This document shows positions 1 to 11,700 of a stretch of 35,009 nucleotides of DNA, piece by piece (positions within the stretch are counted from its first letter, which is position 1; every line of letters starts with the position of its first letter). Below the pieces are notes generated by a model. The model searched no databases. It was not told the DNA's origin and saw only the letters and a program-made list of their open reading frames with translations. Made by a program: the position numbers and the translations under genes. The DNA comes from Stramenopiles sp. TOSAG23-6 (Eukaryota). The stretch is from positions 1 through 35,009 of the forward strand of contig LT635947.1 of the NCBI GenBank assembly GCA_900128565.1, written 5' to 3'.

Positions 1-55
1 TAAATTCACAGAGAAAATATCAATTTTAGAAATGCAATAAATAATTTTCTGAAAG

Positions 56-970
56 TCATACCGTCGACAATAACCCAAAGACACCCAATAATAATATTGG
101 TGTAGCTGTTGATGACGTTGAAGGCAAACCTCGGAGACCACCCCAGCTCATAAAGATATTACAATTATTTGTCTCACACGCAGCACAATAATGTTCTGCT
201 GGTTTTACTAAACTCAGATTCCTTTCCTTGAGATACATTTTCCATTCTTCTTCTTTTTGATGTGTGAGTGTTACTTTCTCAAAATTGTCCATTGTACCAT
301 TACAATCTGAAACACCATAATCACCAGGTTCACAACGCCCAAACATAATTTCATGTTGTTTTCCTTTAAAGTTGACAAAAGAGAACTCGGTGATACATTT
401 CTTGCCTTGGTCGCATTCTTTTTCATCATGTGGAGGCACACGAAACTCGCCACTTAAAGTTGAGAGCCATTCTTCGTTTGACGCGTCATCATTTATGTGT
501 AGAAAATGATTACACGTCAATTTATCCAATTGTAAATGTTTTAGATTTGATTTCAATAGTTGACGAATTTCTGTTGGAATTTCAACAGATATGCCGTTGT
601 TGTACAAGCTCAAATATCCAAGCTTCGTTAGTAGACCAATTTGCGTTGGTATTGAAACAGATAGATCGTTGTTATCCAAGTTCAAATGTTCAAGATTTGT
701 TAGTTGACCAATTTCAGTTGGTATTGTACCAGATAGTTTGTTAGTTGACAATTCTAACTTCTTCACAACAGTGCGTTCATCGTCACAACTTACACCAAAC
801 CAATCGCAAACATGTTCCGTTTCCGTCTCCCAATTATTATTATTTTCCCAATTGACTCCACCAGTTGCCTCATAGAACGCTTCTAAAGCTTTCCTTTGTT
901 CTTCAAGTACTGCTCTACCTGTAGTACAATAAGTAATAAATACAATCAACGGTACAAATAATCTCGTCAT
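56..970 (-). CDS. Secreted leucine-rich-repeat protein (LRRNT_2 cap plus plant-type LRRs) with a Cys-rich C-terminal domain and probable GPI-anchor signal, ~304 aa
   Basis: ATG at 970 begins a hydrophobic signal peptide (MTRLFVPLIVFITYCTTGRA). It is followed by the cap ALEAFYEATGGVNW...CDWFGVSC and repeats of LxLxxNxLSGxIPTEIGQLTxL. The protein ends with CAACETNNCN, a Ser/Thr spacer and a hydrophobic tail. No intron needed. Confidence 0.85.
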   Translation of the reverse strand: MTRLFVPLIVFITYCTTGRAVLEEQRKALEAFYEATGGVNWENNNNWETETEHVCDWFGVSCDDERTVVKKLELSTNKLSGTIPTEIGQLTNLEHLNLDNNDLSVSIPTQIGLLTKLGYLSLYNNGISVEIPTEIRQLLKSNLKHLQLDKLTCNHFLHINDDASNEEWLSTLSGEFRVPPHDEKECDQGKKCITEFSFVNFKGKQHEIMFGRCEPGDYGVSDCNGTMDNFEKVTLTHQKEEEWKMYLKERNLSLVKPAEHYCAACETNNCNIFMSWGGLRGLPSTSSTATPILLLGVFGLLSTV

Positions 971-1145
971 TGTATTGTAAAAATGGTAGTTGCGTTTCGA
1001 AGGGAACAAATAAATAATAAACAAGAAAAGAGGACTAACGTCACTCAAAGGGTATCACGAACTGTGTTAACTTAACTTAATTTGCTACAACACGCGACAG
1101 GACGCGGCAGCTGCATAAATTAAAATCGAAAGTACGTTATTTTAC

Positions 1146-1175
1146 CCGGGTCCGGGTCCGAGGTCCGAGTCCGGG
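1146..1175. repeat. Short GC-rich (GTCCGR)-type tandem repeat in the divergent intergenic region
   Basis: ccgggtccgggtccgaggtccgagtccggg lies in otherwise AT-rich DNA between two divergently transcribed genes. Confidence 0.6.
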
Positions 1176-1382
1176 TTTATAAAATTTTATTTTTCTTGTT
1201 TTCAAACTTGCGCTCCTGTCCAACAAAACACACCACACTACCACATCACACACTAAATTTTGTTTGTAGAGTTTCTCCTTTCACACAATTTACGTCAAAT
1301 CAAAGATGTCATTCAACTGACATTGCAAACATGCAGATTCAGTTATACTAATTGGTAAAAAGCACATTTAAAAAAAGTGATT

Positions 1383-2949
1383 ATGGTCGTGCCATCATCA
1401 ACCTTAAAAAGATGTAGGTATCAACTCTACTTTAAGTTATCAATAATGGTGTGCGTAGCACTTGGTCTGAGTAATACCCCAGTTGAATCACATAGTGAAA
1501 ATTGCATAGAGACAGAAACATGCAGTACGCACATTCCTTTAAATTTGTTTATTCGGGAACCTTATGCTGAAGACCAAATTGCTGGTCCAGAAGTAGATAT
1601 ACACATTGATGTTCCTTCTAATTTTACAGTTGGCCCTATTGATGGCTTTATTTGTGTCCAACTAGATAAACAAAAAGAAATATGCGCTGAAAATCTTCCA
1701 TCAAACTCCTCAACTCTGAAAGCAAAATTGACTGATGTATCTGTTGGTCGGCACACTATATCAGCGTGGATATCAAAGGGTGCGTCAAACATAAAAATTA
1801 GTCAACATACAGTATCATTTGACACATTAGCTGTGACGAAGCCTTGGTGGGGTCCGTACAGATATAGAACAGAAAATACAACAAAAAGCACGGAACCTCA
1901 AAGCAGAATAAAACACAACATTGAACCTGAAATGACTTGCTCACGTGATGCAGTACACGCTGCGGCAGATCTTGAACAAATTCCGCATTTTCTTGGCCCT
2001 TCACCATCTCGAAAAGTTGCAGAATCTAAAAAAGCGCTTGTCGCATTGTTTGCTGGAAAGAACAATTTTCGTAAAGCTGACGAAAAAATCCGACAATTTG
2101 GTCTAGAAGCCTTCAGTTTTATATTGTTTCTATATGATTTTGCTGAATTAGATATCAAAACATTCCCTTGGCTATCAAAGATCCCAGTGGTTTTGGTTTC
2201 CGGACAAATGAAATGGTTTTATCTAAAACGATTTTTATCTCCAAAAATAGTTTGTCATTACAAGTATATCATAATTGTCGATGACGACTGTGATATGACA
2301 GAACTTGATTTGAAAGGGTTTGTAGATGATATGATGAAATACCAAATTCACATTGGACAACCATCTCACTCGCAAAACTCACATCAACCAATGTATGCTT
2401 TCATGATGAATTTCATTTTTTTTTTCATACCAAATTCCGTACCTAACAATTTTTTTATGTGACATATTTTTTCACCAATATGTACCCATTTCTAATTCAA
2501 AATCCTCAATTGTTGAAAGAAAATGTGGCTGGTATATGGGTAAACTTCATCGAATCTGGGCCACTTCTTGCCTTTTCTACTGAAGCATGTATGTTTTATT
2601 TTTGTTCAAATTCGATTTTTTTTCATACGAAATTTTGTACTTAACAATTTTTTTTGAAATATTTTTCCAAAACACATGGGAATGTTTTTGGCCATTGATG
2701 CAACCTGATTTAGTTTCTGGTTATGGTTATGATTTAATTTGGGTTCCTGCGTGTGCAAAACGTCGAGCGGCTGTAATGCAACAACATTCTATTGTTCATG
2801 TCAATACAGGTAGTGCTTCAAGTGTAAGAGCTAATTGGGTTCCCCGGGCTATCGGTGAAGCCTTTACACTATTTAAAAGGCTTGCCCCTTTCAGTATTTA
2901 TCCAATTGATCCAAAACCATTAGGTAAATTCTACAGTATTTCTAAATAA
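1383..2949 (+). CDS. DUF707-family (putative glycosyltransferase-like) protein; exons 1383-2392, 2482-2588, 2678-2949; ~462 aa
   Basis: KWFYLKRFLSPKIVCHYKYIIIVDDD, IGQP and the spliced NFIESGPLLAFSTEA|WECFWPLMQPDLVSGYGYD match recalled DUF707 motifs (KWWFAKRFLHPDIV..Y.YIF.WDED; FVE.MAPVFSR.AWRC.W..IQNDLVHGWGLD). Three ORF-track ORFs join in frame after two introns are removed. The start could instead be ATG 1446. Confidence 0.8.
2393..2481 (+). other. Non-canonical GT-AT intron 1 (89 nt), family member
   Basis: GTATGCTTT...CCGTACCTAAC...TTCACCAATAT. Removal gives ...HQPM-YPFL in frame. An ATGTA direct repeat makes the exact register slidable. Confidence 0.8.
2589..2677 (+). other. Non-canonical GT-AT intron 2 (89 nt), family member
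   Basis: GTATGTTTT...TTGTACTTAAC...TTCCAAAACACAT. Contains no AG. Removal restores the DUF707 motif EA-W-EC. Confidence 0.88.
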
Positions 2950-2958
2950 ATAATATGC

Positions 2959-3028
2959 TGACATCAAAGAAACTTTTATTAGAAATTGAATGACATCAAA
3001 GAAACTTTAACTTTTATTAGAAATTGAA
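2959..3028. repeat. Tandem duplication (32 nt + 38 nt copies) overlapping the stop codon of the minus-strand orphan gene
   Basis: tgacatcaaagaaacttttattagaaattgaa at 2959-2990 is repeated at 2991-3028 with a 6-nt insertion. Confidence 0.85.
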
Positions 3029-4540
3029 TACCTGTTAAGTTCTCCTCGTATATCATTCACAAGATGAAGAGGTAGGTTATATCTACTTGGTGAAGATGAA
3101 TTCATGTATTGAAGTTCTTTTGTAATCTGATTGAACATTGTAATTGGAGTATTATACCGTTTCGCATCAATAGATAATATTTTTCTAACATATTTGCTAT
3201 GAGTAGGATTCTCGGAAACCCTTGCGTTGTAATTATCTATACTTTTTTTGTATTTTTGTTTTTCAAATAAATTATTTGTTGAATAATTTTCTACAATAAA
3301 TTGATCTGCTATATATTTATTAAGTTCTCCTCGTATATCATTCACAAGATGAAGAGGTAGGTTATATCTACTTGGTGAAGATGAATTCATGAATTGAAGT
3401 TCTTTTGTAATCTGACGAAACATTGAAATTGGTGGGATACTGCCTTTAAACTCTAATCCCCTTTTTTTAGACTTTTCTACCAAATCAGAGGATACAGTAG
3501 ATTGATCTGTACTTGCGTAATTTGTTTTGGTCTCTATATATTGTGATAATTCATCGTCCGATTCATATATATTGTGAAAAATATTTGAAATTTGAAATTC
3601 GTTAGGTACAGAATTTGGTACAAAAAGAAAATTGAAATTATGATGAAAATGTACATTCATTATTAGATGATGAATGATAACTTGGTGGTCCATCATCATC
3701 ACTATCAATACTATAGTTTTCATCTAAATGGTGGACCATTTCTGGAGTTGTTTGAATAATTTTATCTTGTGTGGTCTCTCTACTATTCTCCTCTTCTTTT
3801 TTATATTTTGCCCGTTCAAGCTCACTATTTATTTTATCAATTCGATTTTCTATTTCCTCGCGAAGTCTTTTGTTATAAAATACAAGACACTTTTTATCAT
3901 CCTGGTATTTTATTCTAGCTTCTTTTTTAATAGACTCGCATACTGAACTGCCAAGCTCTTGTTCTGCTAAAGTTTGCCAATTTGATATCGCTGACTCAAA
4001 AATTTCAGTCATATTGGCTAGCTCAGTCGCATAAGAAGTATTTCTGTTTTTTATTGCTGTTTTGAGACTGGATAAAAGATGCCTGTGTTTGCTCATTGAT
4101 TTGCATAGTTCTTTATATGATAGTGTGTTAATTCTATTATTTGCTTCTAAATTGTCAACGCATTGAACGAGTCTGAGCAAACGTTCAGATATGAAAGGAC
4201 CAAGAGAGCTTTCATTTCGAAGCCAAGTCTTCAAATTTGTGCCAGATGCGAATGGTTCAATTCTATAACGAATTCTTTTTTGGTCGTAAAACTCGCTAGA
4301 ATGAATATCGCCTGGCTCAATTGCATGTAGTAATGCATTGATCTCGCTTTGGTCATTTATAAATTCCTGCTCAAACTTTGACCTTGCCGTCATTTTTGAA
4401 ACATTTTGAAAAAAACGTATATTCTCACATGAAAAATTTTTTGACGCTCCAAATAATTCCTGAGTAGCTTCACGACCCTTTCGATATACTGAAAGTGCTT
4501 TTGCTATGGTTTCGTTGCATTTGCTTTGAGTGGGAAACAT
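3007..4540 (-). CDS. Hypothetical protein, ~481 aa; exons 4540-3655 and 3566-3007; helical N-terminal half and a duplicated 40-aa C-terminal motif
   Basis: Two long ORFs (300 and 238 aa) join in frame (SNNE-Y-ESDD) once a family intron is removed. No homology recognised. Confidence 0.7.
3028..3432 (-). repeat. Two near-identical ~115-120 nt coding repeats 285 nt apart (about 3028-3147 and 3313-3432)
   Basis: Both encode PI(S/T)MF(R/N)QITKELQ(F/Y)MNSSSPSRYNLPLHLVNDIRGELN(K/R)Y with nearly identical DNA. Confidence 0.9.
3567..3654 (-). other. Non-canonical GT-AT intron 3 (88 nt), family member
   Basis: Minus strand GTACATTTTCATC...CTGTACCTAAC...TTCACAATATAT. An alternative in-frame AT end lies 6 nt further on. 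Confidence 0.75.
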
Positions 4541-4801
4541 ATTGAGGAAACTCGTTTAGGTTTCGTACTAACTGAAGCAAGCAACTTTTGAAATCACTGG
4601 ATCAACAAGTTTTGTTATATGAGTGACATGGCGACCTACCTGTGCCATCGCCATCGGCATCGATCGGAGTTTTTCATCAGCCGAAACCCACTTGAGAACC
4701 CCCTAACTACTAACCCCACCATCAACTTAGAGAGTATCAGGTAATAAAGTCAATAAAGTGTATTTGTTCCCAACGCCCCTCCAATCTTTATAATATTAGA
4801 T

Positions 4802-5574
4802 ATGGCATGGCGATGTTCAGGAGTGAGTAATGGGGAGTTGATCAAGAATTTAGTCGGAGCTTCCATAATACATACTGATCGAGTAATTCAAACAATGCTT
4901 GTCACTGACCGTCGTTTCTTTACTTCTTCCGATAGACCATACGACGACTCCCCACAAGAAATAGGATTTAACGCTACTATATCTGCTCCTCATATGCATG
5001 GATATGCTTTAGAATGGTTAGTGTCACATTTGAAGCCTGGAATGAAGTCGTTAGATGTTGGGTGTGGCTCTGGATACCTCACAGCTTGTATGGGCCAACT
5101 TTGTGGAAATTGTTATGGAATAGACCATATAAATCAATTAGTAGAATTAGCACGCTCAAATATATCTTCTTATAATCGTGATTTTTTAGACTCCGGCAAA
5201 GTAACCCTTCAGCAGACTGATGGTTTTAATGGTCTACCAGAAGAGGCTCCATTTGATGCAATTCACGTCGGAGCTGCTGCGCCTTCAATTCCTGTTGCTC
5301 TCGTCGATCAGTTGAAGTGTGGAGGTTTGTACGAAAAATTAGAAGAATTCGACCCTGACAGTTCTATTTTTTTGCACTACATTATGTACCTAACGAAATG
5401 TAAACTTGAAATAATTCTTCACAGCACATAATGATCATACCCGTTGGTCCAGTTAATGGTCATCAAGAAATATTAGCTGTGTCTAAGGACAAAGACGGTC
5501 ACGTGAGTACAAAATCTCTTATGGGGGTTAGGTTTATTCCTTTAACTAGTGTAGAAACGCAGATTAAAGGATAA
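4802..5574 (+). CDS. PCMT1: Protein-L-isoaspartate(D-aspartate) O-methyltransferase; exons 4802-5328 and 5430-5574; 223 aa
   Basis: MAWRCSG..N.EL, ATISAPHMH, LDVGCGSGYLTAC, APFDAIHVGAAA, then after splicing QLKCGG-L-MIIPVGP...LMGVRFIPLT. These are the characteristic PIMT motifs. Confidence 0.95.
5329..5429 (+). other. Non-canonical GT-AT intron 4 (101 nt), divergent family member
   Basis: GTACGAAAA...ATGTACCTAAC...TTCACAGCACAT. Removal in this phase restores GGLMIIPVG. The CAG at 5422-5424 gives a frameshift with either nearby GT (5325 or 5329). Confidence 0.88.
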
Positions 5575-5637
5575 TAAAATCTATAATGGGGGTTAGGTGT
5601 ATTCCTTTAACTAGTGTAGAAATTAGTAAAGGATTAT
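5511..5637 (+). repeat. Tandem duplication of the last ~65 nt of the PCMT coding sequence (5511-5575 and 5576-5637)
   Basis: aaaatct.t.atgggggttagg.ttattcctttaactagtgtagaaa-like sequence appears twice in succession. The second copy lies after the stop codon. Confidence 0.9.
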
Positions 5638-5734
5638 AAAATATTTTTTATTTTTCTTTCAAGTTTTTACTTCAGAATTTTACTTTATTTTTTTTTGTTT
5701 TTTTTACCAAATTTTGTAATTATAATAAAAACAA

Positions 5735-8700
5735 TTAAAAAAACATATGATCTTGTAAGCCTGTAGTGTCTGGTTCACTCGATGAATAATATTCTTCTTT
5801 TGCTTTTTCATCCATTCCACTCCAGACAGTCTTATCAACTTTTTCTTTCGTATCTTCTGTTATTTTTTCTAATTTTAAATCATTTACAACATTATCATCT
5901 AATATTTCGTCGGGGGGTGGTCCAGCGTCAATTGACTTCTTTGTCTCTTCTATAATACCTTTATCCTTTGCATTTGACTCGGAAGTATCAAGGTTTGATC
6001 CGCGATTTTTTCTTTGTCTCGATCTCCTACGACGAGATTTTGATTTGGTACTGTCCCCTGCATTATTAGTAGAAGAGCGAGACTTTCTGCGCCTAAATTT
6101 TCTACCAGATCTTGAGGAAATCCCAGACTTGCGGCGAGAAATACTACCTCCGGCTTGATCAGTTGATTTTGATGCATTTTCTAGATTGGTACTACCCTCA
6201 GCCTTATTGCTAGAAGAACGATGTTTTCTGCGTCGAGAGCGCCGAGACTTGCGACTAGAAATATCACCCCCTGCTTGATCAGTTGGTTTTGATATATCTT
6301 CCCCTGCCTTGTTACTAGAAGAACGAGACTTTCTGCGCCTATATTTGCGCCTTCTATCTCCTTTGCCAGAGCTAGAGGATCTTTTGGACCTTTTTTTGGT
6401 TGTGTCGTTCACTCGAGGATCGTCTACTACAGGGACAACTTTCCTTAAAGCTTTGCGTTTTGCCAGTGTTTCTTTACGTTTTATGGCACCTGCTGATATC
6501 TCAGCCATTGCTGCTTCGCTTACGGTGCTAGCTTTACTTATCATCTTACTAAAACGATTACGTTTTTTTCCTGCATCCTCCTCCTTTTTCTTCTTTGTCT
6601 TTGATTGAAGCATTTCTTGTGCCCGAATCAAAACAACTCTAATCCAAGGTAACCTTTTTGATAAAACGAGTCCGCACCAAATCAACAGGAAGCAATTTCC
6701 ACCAATGAGAAATAAACCTAATTGCGTCTGTTCATTTTTTCTTCTGAATGCATTTGCACTTATCAAGAGATTTGAGTAAAAACTACAGAATATTGCAAAA
6801 AGGAGAATAAGCTGAAGATGAAAGTCTACTAAGTGTCTAAATGGGTCTACTAGAGCACACAGAACAAAGAACATCACAGATATGACAACTGCAACAGCAT
6901 TACGTGTAATCCCACCTGGAAGGGCGGCAAGCATACCAGTCAACATTGCCTTTCGAATTAACTCCACAAATTCATACCACCACACTTCATGTCTATAACT
7001 AATGAATATTGATCCATACGTTTTTGTAATTCGGTAGTGAAGGATTCTCAAATCTTTGTTGTACAGAAGTACTTCGTGCATTTCATTTCCCATGGCTTCT
7101 TCTGCTATAAGCCACACTCGATTGGGCCATAAAATACAAAATCCTATCACTGGCACTCCAATAACATACACAATAATAGCGCTGATTGCCACGATTGACA
7201 ATATTCTATATTGACTATCGTCACAACTGACAGCAAGATCCGCAACAAGGTAATTACTTCCATTTACCTCAAAACAATTAAATACACGAAAACATCTCAC
7301 AGAAAAGGATGGATATATGCAAAACATCACTAATATAAGAAGTCTCTTTGCATTCATTGTTGCGCTTGCTTTTGTGAATTTTACTGTATTTCCAGATAAG
7401 TTCTTTAGACCGTGCGCTGTTTTGAGCGCCAGTAGAATAACGAAAAATATCAGTGGCATTACCATCATGTATGCATAAAATTTTGTCGCAAAATCGGATG
7501 AAAAATCACATGGACTTACATATGCTGCAAACCGCATTATATCAAAATTGATTACATGGAAGGATTCAATAAAAGCAGTATAGTTTTCTGGGTATTCTTC
7601 ACCAGAAGCATATTGCATTTGGGATAAAACTTGGGTATAACTCAAAACTAATTTTACCGTTGCGCCCAATTCTGCCCAATATTGCCCTAATAATCCATGC
7701 TTGTCGTCCACACTGTGTAATCGTTTTCTCTTTAAAATTTCTTCCTTGGTCAAAACAGATTTTTTCTGTTCCTCGTGCAATGCTCTAATGAGTGTTAGTC
7801 GATCTTTACGCGAACCCATACTTTTCCGTGCTAATGTATGTCGTAGTCGTGATTCCTTTGCTAATTGTGCTGCTTTGCGCTTCATTCTCATTTCTTCTAG
7901 TTTTGCTTGGTAACTTTCAGTGTGCATAGTTTGTGATGTCCATATAATATTTGGAGTTTCAATATCATTTGTATTGATTCCTTTAGTCATTGAACTAATA
8001 CTTTTTATAGAAACAGAGCGCAATGCAGCTTTTCTAATTTTGTTACGAGTTGCTTCCAACTTTTCAAGGTAACCATCAGCATAGTAACCTTTGTCCGCTT
8101 TCGAAACCATCACACAAATTGATACAAAATAGGAAAAGAAACCAAGCAAAATACAGAGAATAATCATACCTTTTGTATTGCCTGTACTCTCTTGGTTTTC
8201 GTTTTGGCATTTTGTACAATGTTTACCATCAGACTGCAGTGCCCAACCTTGCATACATAATGCACAAAGAATTCCCATATGCCCTTCACGACAATTCTGC
8301 CAGTTAGATGTCGAATTTGCCCTAATAGGCCCGGCTTCACAGTTGTCGGGTGTTAAACATTCACGTAGAGTACAATCGCGATATGCTTTCTGGGATAATG
8401 GATCAGATGCACATTTACAAGAAGAACACGGGTCGTCATTGCAATCATCTGTAATTTCTTTTGGGCAAAACCAGTCTGGATGTTGTACTAACAATTCTGG
8501 GTCTTGCCAGTAACCAACAACTCGTTCATTCACAGAATTCGTTTCACTGCAGCTACCATTAATATAAGGATTTCCATTACATGGTACAATGTGGATACGT
8601 CGATTTACTGCATTAGTTTGTAAAGCTAGACCAAATTTGTCACAACGCGCACCCGGTGGACAAGGTTGGCATTTTTGAGCCCATGTATCCTTTCCAACAA

Positions 8701-11700
8701 GCGCTTCAATAGGTAATGTTAATGCGGTTACGGTATTATTTGATTCTCGACAATTGTATTTTTCCTGGTCTATGCGAAGGCCGTGTGTAGCGCCATCAGG
8801 TCTATTACCATTACAATCATCCGCATATTCAAAGTATTTTGCGTTGAAATATTCATCAGTATACAAAGCTTGAAACTTAGTTGTCGATGGACATTCATAA
8901 GCGCTCGCTTTTGACCCACCAGGGTCGTTTTTCTGGGCAAGAGCAGCAGCTGTACAATCTTTACTCCAAGAACCTTGCCAATACTCTATACTGCCTCCAA
9001 GATGAGCGTAGTACGATGCAGGACATTCGCATCGGCTCCGGTCACCTCCAATTTGTTCCCCAGTCACAAGCTTGACTGAGTTCCAAACGGGGCACTCTAA
9101 AGCTTGGAATTGACCAGCAGCACAAAATTCAATACCTTTGCATTTTACTTTACTAGCAGATGTCATACAATAATAGCCAGCAGGACAGATACTTGGATTA
9201 CGCCAGCCAGCGGTACTATCTTCGAAGTCTGTACGCTTGCCACAGTAAGCACCTGGCTCAGTACATTCCATAACAGTTTTTGAATTCGGACAATAAGAAC
9301 CTTCTGGGCACAAAACCGGTTTTCCTGTCCCTGGAATACAACGATATGCTTCTCCGTGATATGTCTCGCCAGTTGCAATAATTCTGTTTGATGGAGACCG
9401 CATATGCGGAGACCAAGTACCCACTATTTTGTTTGTTTTCACAACTACTTTTGAATTATTTTCATCATCATTATTTGCATCATCATTACTTGCATCATCA
9501 CTACCTGCATCATCACTACCCGCATCATCATTTGACTCTATGCCATTTTCGCACTGACTCTGTGTTGTCCGGGCTTGATACCAAATACCAGCGTGCTTAT
9601 ATTTTCCAATAGGTAAATCTGCCTCGGTCCAAAGTAGAAGCTCGCAATCAATAACATTACGCGGAGAAGATATCCCTCGAACATTCCAAATACCTGAAAT
9701 ACTGCAATCTTTTATCTCGCGACCATGAATTTCACGCATTGCAGAATCATAGCATTTCTCATTTTTCCAAGTACCACCAATGGAACAAGTCGTTTCATCT
9801 CGACTACGATGGATGAATGTATAATTTCCGTGTCGCTCATCCTCCACGGCACAAAAACTTTCTCGAGTTAAAATAGTCATATGATCATTTGCATCAACAC
9901 ATACATCGATACCAACATGAATTGCCGGGCCAATATTTGAGCCAATCATACATCCATGAAAAGGAAAGTCACATGAGTACTTAAACTTGCCCTGTTCACA
10001 ATAGAAACCTTCTGGGCATAATACGGGCATTGAAGTACCTTCAGGGCAATACCAAGATGGAGGCTGAATCGGATGATCCTCTAAAACAAGATTTTTATCT
10101 TTGACTTGGTCTGCTGACGCATTTGGATCTAATACACAAGGTTTTTTGAACTCACCTTCTTCACAATAAAATCCCGCAGGGCATACTTCTGTTTTCGCCG
10201 CATTTTCACAAAAGTATCCTGCTGGACACTTTATAGGTGTAATCGTCTTTTCTGGACAAAACCAAGACACGGTTTCATTTTCAAGTTTAGTTTTTGTTTT
10301 TTTATTTGCCTCTTCATTATATATACAACTTTCTTTTACGTTTGAAGATTCACAAAAAAAACCCGCTGGACATTTCACTTGTTCAAACGAACCTGCGGGG
10401 CAATAAAATCCATTGTTTTCGCAACTTCTCACTTCCCTTGAGTTCTTACATCTGTTCCCAGCCTTGCACACATGTATTTTGGAAAAATATTTCAAAAAAA
10501 ATCTAAAAAAAATGTTAGGTACAAAATTTCGTATGAAAAAAAATCAAAATTGAAAAAAAAATAAAACATACATCTGGTGCACCTGAACCGGTCGGACAAT
10601 ATCTAGCAAATGCATCGACAGACCATATTCCGATTTCTCCATCTGGTGAAGACTCGCAACTCTCCGGAGTGGGTCTATCAATTGTCAAATCGACACCTTC
10701 TACAAGACATCTTCCAAGTTTGGGTTGAAGATTTTCAGATAGGAAAATATTCCTTTTTCTTTCACCAATCATAATATACTCTGCATCTTCAATCTCAAGA
10801 CATGCTCGTCTATCAACGTCTGAAGATAATATAGTACCATCAGACTGTTGACAGACTCCATAAAAATGATTGTCGTAGGGAAAGTCACAAGAGTATTTAT
10901 ACTTTCCTTCTTTACAGTAATATCCCTCAGGACATCTATTTACTCTCATTTTTTCTTTCGTCCTGTATTGCCCATGATGCCATGCACATTCATAATCCCC
11001 CCTGAATTTAGGATTCCATTTTGCACCAATTTCTTTACACAAAGCTTTGTCTGTAACATCACGAATTACACCTTGGCGGTTTATACATGTGCCAGTGTCT
11101 TTAACGTGCCAATTGCCACCAGCAGATGTACAGGAATATTGATCTGTTTTCTCTTTCATTAATGATTGTGCATCCGATGCCACACAGACATCTATATTTG
11201 CGATATCTTCGCCATCAATGATACAATATTCGAATTCTTCATATAATGAAATATCACCTGTAGCAGGAGGACAAAACCATGCAATAGCATTTGAATTTTC
11301 AAGTAAATTACTGTCCATCTGACCCGTAACTGGATCCACTTTAAAAACACAACTTTTCGGAAATGCCCCATCAACACAATAAAATCCACTTGGACAAAGC
11401 ACTTTTGAGTGTGCGCCAGGGCATACATGTGACTCTGGACAAGTTTTAGGAAATACTGTGCCTTCAGGGCAGTAATACTGCTTATCTTCTGCGATGTTTT
11501 CTTGATCTACTTGAGAATCCCAAATACATATTTTTTTTTCCGATGCATTTGAACAATAATACCCAGCAGGGCATATTTTAGGACTATATGAACCTTCTTC
11601 GCAGTAATTAGCATGTCCATCACCCCCACAGGATCTCAGTACACTAGATTTCGGACAGTAAGAGCCCTTTGGGCATATTTTGGGTACCAACGATCCTTCT

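Noticed and set aside
10503-10505. TAG after the branch motif of intron 5 as a canonical acceptor
   Set aside because: It is out of frame with the downstream 1586-aa ORF and reaches a stop within about 20 codons.
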